Shown in pieces: positions 19,903 through 29,168 of a stretch of 64,000 bases of DNA (positions within the stretch are counted from its first letter, which is position 1; each line of letters opens with the position of its first letter). The DNA is from Candidatus Eiseniibacteriota bacterium. GTDB lineage: Bacteria > Eisenbacteria > RBG-16-71-46. The notes beneath the pieces were generated by a model. It saw only the letters and a program-made list of their open reading frames with translations. It was not told the DNA's origin and ran no database searches. The DNA lies in assembly GCA_031364845.1 (NCBI GenBank), contig JANLWX010000065.1, forward strand, positions 39,665 to 103,664. Direction: 5' to 3'. Position numbers and translations under genes: made by a program.

Positions 19903-20210
19903 CTAACGGTAGACGTCCTTGCGATGCCCAACCTTGATGACGGTCACGACGATCCGCCGGTCCTCGACGTCGTATAGGACGCGGTAGTCACCCACTCGAA
20001 TCCGGTACGTGTTCGTGCTCCTCTTAGCTTTGAACAACCATCGGGGCGCGGATTGTTGGACAGCGCATCGATGCGTGCGCCCACGCGCTTTTGCGTCTTC
20101 GCGTCCAGCTCGGCGAACTCGTTCGCGGCCACATTCAGGAACTCGATCGAGTACGTACGTCTTTGAGACGTCGGGGCCGGCTCGCGTTTTGCCCGCGGTC
20201 CCTTGCTCAC
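19903..20210 (-). pseudogene. RelE/ParE-family toxin, frameshifted
   Basis: N-half 'YSIEF...A..E...LD...KR....I..L..NPRPDGCSKLRG' and C-half 'TNTYRIRVGDYRVLYDV.D....V.VIKVGHRKDVYR' are in different frames, joined by a 1-nt shift near 20017-20022. Confidence 0.85.
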
Positions 20211-20219
20211 GCGGCTGCC

Positions 20220-20474
20220 TCAGATGCCGTGACGCTTCTTGATCGCCTCCCACGTGACACGCTTCTTTCCTCGCTCGGCACGCAGGCGCTCGCGTACGGC
20301 TTCGAGGTCGACCTGGTCCTCGAGCTCTTCGAGCATCTCCAGGTCAGCGAACGGGATGACCGCGAACTGTGGACGTCCATGCCGCTGCACAACGATACGT
20401 TCCCCATCATGGGCAACCCTCTCCGTGGTCTGGCCGAATTTTCTCTGAAATTCGGTTGCTTCAACGACATTCAT
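20220..20474 (-). CDS. Phd/YefM-family antitoxin
   Basis: 'VEATEFQRKFG...ERV...GERIVVQRHGRP..AVIP..D.E.LEELED..D'. GGAGGAG SD. Upstream of relE. Confidence 0.88.
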   Translation of the reverse strand: MNVVEATEFQRKFGQTTERVAHDGERIVVQRHGRPQFAVIPFADLEMLEELEDQVDLEAVRERLRAERGKKRVTWEAIKKRHGI

Positions 20475-20514
20475 GGGTCTCCTCCGGGGCGGGTGGGACG
20501 GCTCCAGATTACTG

Positions 20515-20557
20515 ATTATCCGTACAATACACAATATCGGAATTATCCGTAAAATAC
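20515..20557 (-). promoter_or_regulatory. AT-rich TA promoter with two 16-bp direct repeats (candidate antitoxin operators)
   Basis: ATTATCCGTA(C/A)AATAC at 20515-20530 and 20542-20557. Each contains a GATAAT -10-like box on the minus strand. Confidence 0.6.
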
Positions 20558-20669
20558 TTAACTTCATTCTTTGACGGACAGATCAGACCGGACTGAAATC
20601 GTCCTAAGCCACTCCGCAGTCACATGACGTGACGTCTCGCACTCTACGTAGCCGACACCGCGTCAGCCT

Positions 20670-21305
20670 CTATTTCTTGGTGTTGCGGCGGATCCAGCTT
20701 CGTTCGGCGACGACCACGGAGTCCCGCGCCGGGAGCAGTATTGGGACTTGGACCTCGTAACCGATCTCGTAGGGAAGTCCGAGGAAGGAGAAGACCCCGA
20801 TAAGCCGGTCGCTTGCGGGGACCTCATAGAGACGGATCATTCTGAGCGAAGGATCCAGAAACGTCTCGGCCGTTACTCTTCCTTCGCATGCGCCATTGAA
20901 CCATCTCACGCTCGTGCGATAGCGGGGCCAGTTGCTGCCATGCCTTCTCAACGTGTCGAGCAGGACGACCTGGCTGAGTTGCGGAATGGTTGTCGTCAAC
21001 CGCTCGCGAAGCGGCCTCAGCCCCCGCGTAACTGATTTCAAGCGCGCCCGGTACATGGAGTCTTCGGACACTTCGACGCTCCAATCCAAGGGCATGAATC
21101 GATTCACTCCGCGTCCCTTCAGCCGAAGCACTGAGGGGGCGTACCCACTTTCATTCATGGATATGATGCGGAAGAACACGTCACCGGTCCTGGGCTCGTA
21201 ACCGAGAGGCTCGGCGAGGTCGGGACCGCCGACGGTTGCGAGAACCAGCGCAGACGAGCAGAGCAACGCTAGTCCCGCCCATATGACAGTCTTCGCGGGT
21301 TTCAT
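20670..21305 (-). CDS. Hypothetical exported protein
   Basis: 211 aa with an N-terminal signal-like segment, inside the TA islet. Confidence 0.55.
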   Translation of the reverse strand: MKPAKTVIWAGLALLCSSALVLATVGGPDLAEPLGYEPRTGDVFFRIISMNESGYAPSVLRLKGRGVNRFMPLDWSVEVSEDSMYRARLKSVTRGLRPLRERLTTTIPQLSQVVLLDTLRRHGSNWPRYRTSVRWFNGACEGRVTAETFLDPSLRMIRLYEVPASDRLIGVFSFLGLPYEIGYEVQVPILLPARDSVVVAERSWIRRNTKK

Positions 21306-21354
21306 CGGCTGTTATCCACGGTCGGGTTTGTTTTGGCGGGCAATATCGCCGAGC

Positions 21355-21933
21355 TCAGACATCTGCGGCCTGCTCTCGGGCACGTCTCAAAAGGTCTGCC
21401 AGGTTGAGTTCCACGGCCCAAGAGTCGAGGTACGTGGTGTCCAAAGAGCCTCGTCGCGCGACCAAAATACCCAGAACGTCCCGCCACTGATGATCGGATG
21501 CCTCGCCGCCGAGGCGGAACCACTCGAGCTTGCGAAGGATGGTGTCTTCGGGACTCAACAACCTGATCGGCGGAGAGTCGGCTCGGCCAAGGAAGTGGTC
21601 GACACTGCGTCTGAAGGCTTCACGATCGTATGGTCGATCCCCAACGATGAAGAAATCCACCTTGTACGGAGTGTCCAGTGAGATCGCGTTGAACGAACTG
21701 CGATGCTCGACTGCTTCTCGAATCGCTTCACGGCTCAGGTAGAATTCAGGCGCGAGCACTTCGGCCAATTTATCTAGCTTCCCAAGATCTGCATCGATCA
21801 CGACATCGATGTCGACAGTGGTTCTTGGTTGTCCGTGCCACGAACTGGCAATCGAACCTGTGAAGTGATGGGCGATCTCGAGCGAGTCCAGAATGAGAGC
21901 GACCCTTCTGACCAAGTCCAGCGGCGAAGTCAT
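21355..21933 (-). CDS. Nucleotidyltransferase-fold protein (putative TA component)
   Basis: 'GSIASS.HG.PR.T.DID' (GS...DxD), 'KVDFF', 'SPED.IL.KL.W...G..S..QWRD'. Confidence 0.8.
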   Translation of the reverse strand: MTSPLDLVRRVALILDSLEIAHHFTGSIASSWHGQPRTTVDIDVVIDADLGKLDKLAEVLAPEFYLSREAIREAVEHRSSFNAISLDTPYKVDFFIVGDRPYDREAFRRSVDHFLGRADSPPIRLLSPEDTILRKLEWFRLGGEASDHQWRDVLGILVARRGSLDTTYLDSWAVELNLADLLRRAREQAADV

Positions 21934-22205
21934 GGCCGTTCGGTAGAGGGACGCTCGGGACGGATTCGATCGCGGTAATCGAGGACCTTCGTCGCGAGTT
22001 CTGATCCCAGGATTACCCGGAAATATTCTGCCTCGAGTTCCGATGCGCTCGCCTCCGGAAACCGCTCTCGAATGCCCGCCTGAACCAATGTGTGCGTCAT
22101 GCGGGAGAGCGCATCCATCGCTTCGAGTTTCTGCGCTCCTGAGAGGCTACGGAGCACGCGCGCCTGAACAGCCCGGGCTTCAGGAGTCGTATCGCGAGAG
22201 AACAT
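21930..22205 (-). CDS. Small partner protein of the nucleotidyltransferase
   Basis: 91 aa 'DTTPEA..VQ...LR......K......S......AGIR.R.P.AS..E'. ATGA overlap with the NTase gene. Confidence 0.72.
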   Translation of the reverse strand: MFSRDTTPEARAVQARVLRSLSGAQKLEAMDALSRMTHTLVQAGIRERFPEASASELEAEYFRVILGSELATKVLDYRDRIRPERPSTERP

Positions 22206-22384
22206 GCGGTGAGTCTACTCGATTGCCCGCCTATCTGTTCACTCTCAGCCCTCCATCGATTGCCCGCAACGAACTGGCTCTGGAACTGTCCGCCCGGTGA
22301 GTCCACGCACGCCTCGCCGTGCTACTCTGCGGTCGTCCCGTACCCGCGCCCGCCTGCGCCCGCAACCCCTCAGGAGCCGCTCCG

Positions 22385-25174
22385 ATGAAGGTCCTCGACT
22401 CGTCGGTCTATTTCGGACCCAGCATCTACGCCCACTTCCCGGTGATCCGGCTCACGCTGGACCTCGGGCATCTCGAAGAGTGGCCGACGATGAAGCTGGG
22501 CCCGGAGTACGTGAACGCTCTGCTCGAATCGCTGCCGGGGCTCCGCGAGCACGGATGTTCCTATGGCGAGCCGGGCGGGTTCGTGCGCCGCATGACCGAA
22601 GAGGACGGCACCTGGCTCGGCCACGTCCTCGAGCACGTCGCGATCGAGCTGCAGAACGTCGCGGGGGCGAAGGTCACGTTCGGGAAGACTCGCGGCGCGG
22701 GTGCGCCGGGCCACTATCACGTCGTCTATCAGTACGAGCAGGCGGAAGTCGCGCAGGAGGCGGGCCGCCTCGGCATGCTGCTGCTGCTCTCGTTGTTGCC
22801 CGAGCAACTGAAGCCGCCCGAATCGGTGCCGGCCGACTTCGACTTCGAGGCGCAACGCGACGACTTCATCCGCTTCACGCAGCGCCGCGCGCTGGGTCCG
22901 AGCACCGCGGCACTGGTGCGCGCGGCGGAGCAGCGCGACATCCCGGTGATCCGTCTCAATCATCAGAGCCTGGTTCAGTTCGGACACGCGCGTTATCAGC
23001 GCCGCATCCAGGCGACGATCACGAGCGAGACTCGCCACATCGCGGTCGAGATCGCTTCCGACAAGGAAGAGACCAATCGCATCCTCGGCGATCTCGGGCT
23101 GCCGGTTCCGCAGCAACGGCTGGTCTACTCCGAGGAAGAGGCGGCGTTTGCGGCGCAGAAGCTGGGCTTCCCGGTCGTCGTCAAGCCGTACAACGGCAAT
23201 CACGGCCGCGGTGTCGCGCTCGATCTGAAAGACGGCGCTCACGTGCGCGAGGCGTTCCGCCAGGCGCGCGAGATGAGCCGCGCGGTGATCGTCGAGACAT
23301 TCGTCACCGGGCGCGACTATCGGTTGCTGGTGGTCGATGGACGGCTGATCGCGGCCGCCGAGCGTGTGCCGGGTCATATCATCGGCGACGGCAAACACAC
23401 GGTCGCCGATCTCGTCGACATCACGAACCACGACCCGCGCCGCGGCATCGGACACGAAAAGGTGCTGACGCGTCTCGAACTCGACGCGCAGGCCGATCGC
23501 TGTCTCGCGGACAAAGGCTACACGCGCGAAACGGTGCCCGCGGCGGGAGAGGTCATCTACTTGAGGCTCACCGGCAATCTCTCGACCGGCGGCACGGCGA
23601 TCGATGTGACCGACATCATCCATCCGGACAACGCGGAGATGGCGGTGCGGGCGATCAAAGCGATCGGGCTCGACGTGGGCGGCGTCGACTTCATCCATCC
23701 CGACATCGCGCGTTCGTACAAAGAAGGCGGCGGCGCGATCTGCGAGGTGAACGCGGCTCCCGGATTCCGCATGCACGTGGCGCCCAGCGAAGGCACGCCG
23801 CGCGATGTTGCGGGGCCGGTGATCGACATGCTGTTCCCGCCCGGCACACCGGCGCGCATTCCGATCGCGACCATCACCGGCACCAATGGCAAGACCACGA
23901 CCGCGCGCATGCTCGCGCACATCTTCCGTCTCGCGGGACGGCATGTCGGGCTCACGACCACCGACGGCGTCTACATCAACGGACAGCTCACGGTGAAGGG
24001 CGACATGACGGGTCCGGTCGCCGCACGCATGGTGCTGCGCGATCCGCACGTCGAGATCGCGGTGCTCGAAACCGCGCGCGGAGGCATCCTCCGCCGCGGA
24101 CTCGGTTATCGGAAGTGCATGGTCGGCGCGGTGCTCAACATCAGTGCGGATCATCTCGGGTTGAAAGGCGTCGACACGCTCGAACAGCTTGCGGAAGTGA
24201 AGCGCGTGGTGGTCGAAGTCGCGAAGGACACGGCGGTTCTGAACGCGGACGATGAGCTGTGCCTCAAGATGGCGTCCCACACCGACGCCAAGCATCTGTG
24301 CTACGTCACGCTGCGGAGCAACTATCCGCTGGTGAAGGAGCACATCCGCGCGGGTGGCCGCGCGGTGGCGCTCGAAGAGGGCGTGAACGGCCACATGATC
24401 ACGCTGTTCGATCGCGGCGCGCATCTGCCGTTGCTGTGGACGCACGCGATTCCGGCGACGCTCGAAGGCCGTGCGACGCACAATATTCAGAACGCGATGT
24501 TCGCCGCGGCGATGGCGTTCAGCATGGGTGCGACGGTCGAGGAGATCCGCCAGGGTCTGCGCACGTTCGACATGACGTTCGAACAGGTGCCGGGGCGCAT
24601 GAACGTGCACGATGCGCTGCCGTTCCGCGTGGTGATGGACTACGCGCACAATCCGGCGGCGGTGCTCGCGATGTGCGAGTTGTCGGACCGGCTCGAAGTG
24701 AAGGGCCGAAGGATCTGCGTGCTCGCTGCACCGGGCGACCGGCGCGACGAGGACATCGCCGAGATCGGCCGCACCGCGGCCGGGCACTTCGATCACTACA
24801 TCGTGCGGCGTGACGACGGACTGCGCGGTCGCAAGCCCGACGAGATCCCGCGCATGCTGCGCTCGGCATTGCTCGAAGCGGGAGTTCCGGCACAGGCGAT
24901 CGACGTGATTCCCGACGAGCAACGCGCGGTCGAGGCGGCGCTGCGCCTGGCGAAGCCCGGCGACCTGCTGCTGGTGTTCGCCGATGCGCTCGCGCGCACC
25001 TGGCAGCAGGTCACGCGTTTCGTTCCCGAGGGCGCGTCGAGTGCGCCGGCCGGGCAGGCCGCGGCGCCAGTCGAAGTCGATACGGGTGCCCAGGCGGTGC
25101 TCGACGAAGGCCGCATGCTGGTGCGCGACCGCCGCGGCGTGCGGCTCGCGCGCGAGCCCGAAGTCACCGACTGA
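22385..25174 (+). CDS. cphA: Cyanophycin synthetase
   Basis: N domain 'CSYGEPGGF..R....GTWLGHVLEH'. ATP-grasp 'VVKP..GNHGRG', 'NLSTGG', 'EVNAAPG'. Mur-ligase domain 'TGTNGKTT', 'ETARGG', 'DYAHN'. Confidence 0.95.
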   Translation: MKVLDSSVYFGPSIYAHFPVIRLTLDLGHLEEWPTMKLGPEYVNALLESLPGLREHGCSYGEPGGFVRRMTEEDGTWLGHVLEHVAIELQNVAGAKVTFGKTRGAGAPGHYHVVYQYEQAEVAQEAGRLGMLLLLSLLPEQLKPPESVPADFDFEAQRDDFIRFTQRRALGPSTAALVRAAEQRDIPVIRLNHQSLVQFGHARYQRRIQATITSETRHIAVEIASDKEETNRILGDLGLPVPQQRLVYSEEEAAFAAQKLGFPVVVKPYNGNHGRGVALDLKDGAHVREAFRQAREMSRAVIVETFVTGRDYRLLVVDGRLIAAAERVPGHIIGDGKHTVADLVDITNHDPRRGIGHEKVLTRLELDAQADRCLADKGYTRETVPAAGEVIYLRLTGNLSTGGTAIDVTDIIHPDNAEMAVRAIKAIGLDVGGVDFIHPDIARSYKEGGGAICEVNAAPGFRMHVAPSEGTPRDVAGPVIDMLFPPGTPARIPIATITGTNGKTTTARMLAHIFRLAGRHVGLTTTDGVYINGQLTVKGDMTGPVAARMVLRDPHVEIAVLETARGGILRRGLGYRKCMVGAVLNISADHLGLKGVDTLEQLAEVKRVVVEVAKDTAVLNADDELCLKMASHTDAKHLCYVTLRSNYPLVKEHIRAGGRAVALEEGVNGHMITLFDRGAHLPLLWTHAIPATLEGRATHNIQNAMFAAAMAFSMGATVEEIRQGLRTFDMTFEQVPGRMNVHDALPFRVVMDYAHNPAAVLAMCELSDRLEVKGRRICVLAAPGDRRDEDIAEIGRTAAGHFDHYIVRRDDGLRGRKPDEIPRMLRSALLEAGVPAQAIDVIPDEQRAVEAALRLAKPGDLLLVFADALARTWQQVTRFVPEGASSAPAGQAAAPVEVDTGAQAVLDEGRMLVRDRRGVRLAREPEVTD

Positions 25175-25187
25175 CGCCGCTCATCCC

Positions 25188-27029
25188 ATGCGCATCCTCG
25201 ATTCGCGGCGACTGACGGGCGCGAGCCTGTGGCTCGATCGTCCCGGAGCGATCCTCGATGTGTCGCTCGAGGGGCTCGACGTATCACGCGTACTCGCTTC
25301 GTGGATGGAGAGCATCGCGCGCCTGCGCGATGCCGTGGGCTGGGAGGCGACCCCGATCCACATGCGCATGCACGCGGCCGGCGCGAGCCTCGCGTTCGAA
25401 GCGCCGTTCGATGCGCTCTACGCGGCGACCGAGCTGAACGAAGCGGCGTGGTACGCGGCGGTTGCCGCGACCGGCGGCGATGTCTCGCAGGTCGGCGGCG
25501 AGAACGTGCCCGAGGATGCGCCGTACGCGCCGCATCCTTCTGCGACGGCTGACGGATCAGAGCAGCCCACCGATTCCGTGATCACGCCGCCGGCAGACGC
25601 TGCGACGATCGTCTCGTGGCTGCGTGACCGCATCGCCGCCGAGCGTAATCCGGCACTCGTCAAACTCGCCGATGAAGCGCATCGCAGGGGCGTGACACTG
25701 CTCGCCGACGACGAATACGTGTCGCTCGGGCTCGGGCAGGGATCACAGACGTGGCCGGTCGCAGAGTTTCCGCGAGATGCGGTTGCGGTGAACTGGGACG
25801 GCGTTCACGACATCCCCGTTGCGCTCGTGACCGGGACCAACGGCAAGTCGACGACCGTGCGTCTGCTGGGTGCGATCGCGCGCGCCGCCGGGAGAACGGC
25901 CGGCGTCACCTCGACCGATCGCGTGACGATCGGCGACGAGATCGTTGCGACCGGCGACTATTCGGGACCGAGCGGCGTGCGCACCGTCGTGCGCGATCCG
26001 CGCGTCGAGATCGCGATGCTCGAGCTGGCGCGCGGTGGCATCCTGAGGCGCGGGCTCGCGGTTCCGCGTGTGCGAGTGGCGCTGGTGACCAACGTCGACA
26101 ACGATCACCTGGGCGAGTTTGGAATCTTCGATGTGCCGGCACTCGCGGACGTGAAGCTCGTGGTCGCGAAGGCGGTCGACTCTTCCGGCATGGTCGTTCT
26201 CAATGCGGACGATCCGCTGCTGCTCGAGCGCGGCCGTGCGCTCGCAGTGCCGGTGCTGTGGTTCACACTCGATCCATTGCATCCGCATGTCCGCACCCAC
26301 GTTGAGGCGGGCGGTGACGCGGCGATGCTCGACGGCGATACGCTCGTACTGGTGCGCGCGGGGAAGCGTGAGGTCGTGACGTCGGTGCGCGACGTGCCGA
26401 TCACGTTCGACGGCGTCGCGCGCCACAACGTCGCGAACGCGCTGGCCGCGATCGGCGTGGCGAGCGTGCTGGATTTGCCGGTCGCCGCGATGAAGGCGGG
26501 CCTTGCGAGCTTCGCGAATTCACCCGGCGAGAATCCGGGCCGCGCGAACGTGTGGGAGCTGGGCGGGGTGCGCGCGATCGTCGACTATGCGCACAATCCT
26601 TCGGGCGCACGCGCGCTGGCGGCGATGGTCGCAGGACTCCCTGCGAAGCGGCGCGGGCTCGTGATCGGACAGGCCGGCGATCGCAGCGACGAGGCGATTC
26701 GCGCGTTCGTGAACGAGTCATGGACCATGAATCCCGATCGCGTGTTCGTGAAGGACATGGAGACCTTCCTGCGCGGCCGCGAGCCTGGCGCGATCCCACG
26801 GTTGATCGAACAGGCGTTCGTCGCCTTCGGTGCGCGTCGGGATCAGATCGAGCGGCATGCGACGGAGTTCGATGCGATGACCGCGGCGCTCACGTGGGCG
26901 CGCGAAGGCGATCTGCTGCTGCTCACGACGCATGCGGAGCGCGAGCGTGTGATTGCGCTGCTGGAACGTTTGCGCGAGGGCGGTTGGAAGCCGGGCGAGC
27001 CGCTCGGAGTCGAAGCTCCAGACGCTTGA
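25188..27029 (+). CDS. CphA-like protein: degenerate N domain + Mur-ligase domain, no ATP-grasp
   Basis: N-terminus parallels CphA. 'VTGTNGKSTT', 'LELARGGILRRGL', 'DHLG', 'LNADD', 'DYAHNP' are present, ATP-grasp motifs are absent. Confidence 0.85.
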   Translation: MRILDSRRLTGASLWLDRPGAILDVSLEGLDVSRVLASWMESIARLRDAVGWEATPIHMRMHAAGASLAFEAPFDALYAATELNEAAWYAAVAATGGDVSQVGGENVPEDAPYAPHPSATADGSEQPTDSVITPPADAATIVSWLRDRIAAERNPALVKLADEAHRRGVTLLADDEYVSLGLGQGSQTWPVAEFPRDAVAVNWDGVHDIPVALVTGTNGKSTTVRLLGAIARAAGRTAGVTSTDRVTIGDEIVATGDYSGPSGVRTVVRDPRVEIAMLELARGGILRRGLAVPRVRVALVTNVDNDHLGEFGIFDVPALADVKLVVAKAVDSSGMVVLNADDPLLLERGRALAVPVLWFTLDPLHPHVRTHVEAGGDAAMLDGDTLVLVRAGKREVVTSVRDVPITFDGVARHNVANALAAIGVASVLDLPVAAMKAGLASFANSPGENPGRANVWELGGVRAIVDYAHNPSGARALAAMVAGLPAKRRGLVIGQAGDRSDEAIRAFVNESWTMNPDRVFVKDMETFLRGREPGAIPRLIEQAFVAFGARRDQIERHATEFDAMTAALTWAREGDLLLLTTHAERERVIALLERLREGGWKPGEPLGVEAPDA

Positions 27030-27057
27030 TTGCGTCGCGGCCTGCGGCCGCGTCGCT

Positions 27058-27732
27058 TCATGCCTCCGCGATCACCACCGCGATCGCGAACCCGTCGTGT
27101 CCCTTGCTTCCGACCGTCTGCACCGCCGTCGCGTTCACGCGCGGTTCCGCCGCCAGTACCTCGAGAAATCGGCGCGTGCCGAGCACGTTCGCATCACTCG
27201 ACGCCGGATCGGCGACCGCGCCCGACCGTACGACATTGTCGACGATGATCACCGTTCCGATCCGCGCGAGTTTCAACGCCCATGCGAAGTACTCGGTGTT
27301 CGAAGGCTTGTCGGCGTCGATGAAGATCAGATCGAAGGGTCCGCGACGCTCGGCGGCGAGTTGGGCGAGCGATTCCAGCGCGGGTCCGACGCGCACTTCA
27401 ACACTGTCCGACAGCCCCGCGCGCTCGAGATTCACCCGCGCGACCGCAGCGTGGCCGGCGTTGATCTCGAGCGTCACGAGCGTGCCGCCATCGCCCAGCG
27501 CGCGCGCGAGCCACATCGTGCTGTATCCGCCCAGCGTGCCGATCTCGAGGATCTTCCGCGCCCCGATCGCGCGCGCCAGCACCTGCAGCAGCTTGCCCTG
27601 ATTCGGGGCGACCGCGATCGCGGGCATCCCGGCGGCTTCGCTCGCTTCGAGTGCCGCATCGAGCGCCGGATCAGAAGGAACCAGCAGACCGCACAGGAAG
27701 CGGTCCACCTTCGTCCATAGAGCGTCGTTCAC
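27058..27732 (-). CDS. O-methyltransferase (caffeoyl-CoA/catechol OMT-like)
   Basis: 'ILEIGTLGGYS', 'FDLIFIDADK', 'IVDNVVR.G', 'KGHDGF'. Confidence 0.92.
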   Translation of the reverse strand: MNDALWTKVDRFLCGLLVPSDPALDAALEASEAAGMPAIAVAPNQGKLLQVLARAIGARKILEIGTLGGYSTMWLARALGDGGTLVTLEINAGHAAVARVNLERAGLSDSVEVRVGPALESLAQLAAERRGPFDLIFIDADKPSNTEYFAWALKLARIGTVIIVDNVVRSGAVADPASSDANVLGTRRFLEVLAAEPRVNATAVQTVGSKGHDGFAIAVVIAEA

Positions 27733-29090
27733 GAAGCCTCCGGACTCGTTGCGGGCGGCACCACGCTCTTGAGTTCCTCGACATCCATACGCTTCACGTA
27801 CGCCTCGGCGAGCGTGATCAGCCGCTCGATCTTTCCGCGGTCTTCCGACAGCGCGATGCTCTCGGTGACGCAGCGCCCCGCCAGTTCCGCGGCGGTGTGC
27901 CAGCACACCGCGCGCATGCCGCTCCACGGCGCCGAGCAGCGCGCGTACTCCGCATGGAACGCCTCGAGAGCTTCATCGAAAGGAGCAGCGTCCAACCCGC
28001 TTGCGATGATGGCGGCGTGAACATGCGACGCGAATCGTCCGAGATCGCGCGCCGGATCGCCGAGGATCGGCGGGCCGAAGTGCACGAGCCCGACGCGGGG
28101 ACCATCGATGAGGAACACGTCGGGACGAAAGTCTCCATGCAGCGACACGTCCACCGACTTGAGCGTTGGCTGTGATTCCGCGAGCCATCGCAACACTTCC
28201 GCCTGGCGCGCGCCGAGTTGCGGGTCAATTGCCGCCACCGGCTCCGACGCGGCGGCAAGCGCCGGCTCCGCATCCTTCTTCTTCGCCGCGAGGCCGTTGT
28301 GATGGAGATCCGCGAGCGCGCTCGCCATCTGTTCGAAGACCGCAACGGTCGCGAGGTTGGGGTAGACATTCCAGAACGGCTCGCCTTCGAGCGTGGATTC
28401 CCACGACAGCCGCCGTTCCGCATCGTAGAAATGCGGGCGCGGAAGAGTCCAGTTGCCGGAACGCAACGGCAGGCTCTCCCACAGGCGCGTGAGGTTCTCG
28501 ATATGCAGCGAGCTCCCGTCGATGCGTGTCTTCGCGATCAGGCGGTGAGGGCGCCGCACGCCATCACGCTCGAGCACCACGGTGAAACGCAGCGTGCATG
28601 CGCGATCGGGTTCGTAACGAAGCACTTCGTAGGCGCTCTCGACGACGCTGCAGCCCGCGAAGTCCGGCGCCTTGGCGATGCACGCATCGAGTGCCGCGCG
28701 TGAGACGCAGTCTCCGAGCAGCAGCAGCCGGGCGTCGTTCGGGAACGCGAACAGCACCATGTCCATCTCGGGCAGGAAGATCAGCGGCAACCCGCACACC
28801 GGCGCGGCGAGCGGGCGGCTGGCGTGTGCGGCGAACAACTCGCGAGCGTTCGTCACCATGTGTCCTGCGTAGAGCTGAACGCCACGCGTCCCGGTCGCCG
28901 CTTCGACGAAACCCACGCGGTAGCACGTGAGCAGCCCGTCGTCATCGTCGCCCGAAAGATCTTCGACGAGCTTCAGCGACAACAGTTCACACGCTTCGAC
29001 ATCGATGCCTTCCGGCAATTGAGGCTGCAACACCTGCCGCAGGCGCTGCGTGTCACGCGCCAGACTTTCGTGTTCGGTCCAATCCACCAC
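27729..29090 (-). CDS. Aminoglycoside-phosphotransferase-like (APH fold) protein, possibly inactive
   Basis: 'FPND..L', 'RY.P..ACT', 'HGDF', 'GDPARDLG.F'. The DFG-equivalent reads HFG. Confidence 0.7.
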   Translation of the reverse strand: MVDWTEHESLARDTQRLRQVLQPQLPEGIDVEACELLSLKLVEDLSGDDDDGLLTCYRVGFVEAATGTRGVQLYAGHMVTNARELFAAHASRPLAAPVCGLPLIFLPEMDMVLFAFPNDARLLLLGDCVSRAALDACIAKAPDFAGCSVVESAYEVLRYEPDRACTLRFTVVLERDGVRRPHRLIAKTRIDGSSLHIENLTRLWESLPLRSGNWTLPRPHFYDAERRLSWESTLEGEPFWNVYPNLATVAVFEQMASALADLHHNGLAAKKKDAEPALAAASEPVAAIDPQLGARQAEVLRWLAESQPTLKSVDVSLHGDFRPDVFLIDGPRVGLVHFGPPILGDPARDLGRFASHVHAAIIASGLDAAPFDEALEAFHAEYARCSAPWSGMRAVCWHTAAELAGRCVTESIALSEDRGKIERLITLAEAYVKRMDVEELKSVVPPATSPEAS

Positions 29091-29168
29091 GAGTGCTCCT
29101 GCCTCTCCATGTGTGTCGAAGCGAGATGCCAGCCCGATAAGTTTGAAGACAGGCTGGAAGAAAGCGTT

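Noticed and set aside
20010..20030. Programmed frameshift in relE
   Set aside because: No slippery heptamer or evident stimulatory structure. A simple 1-nt deletion explains it.
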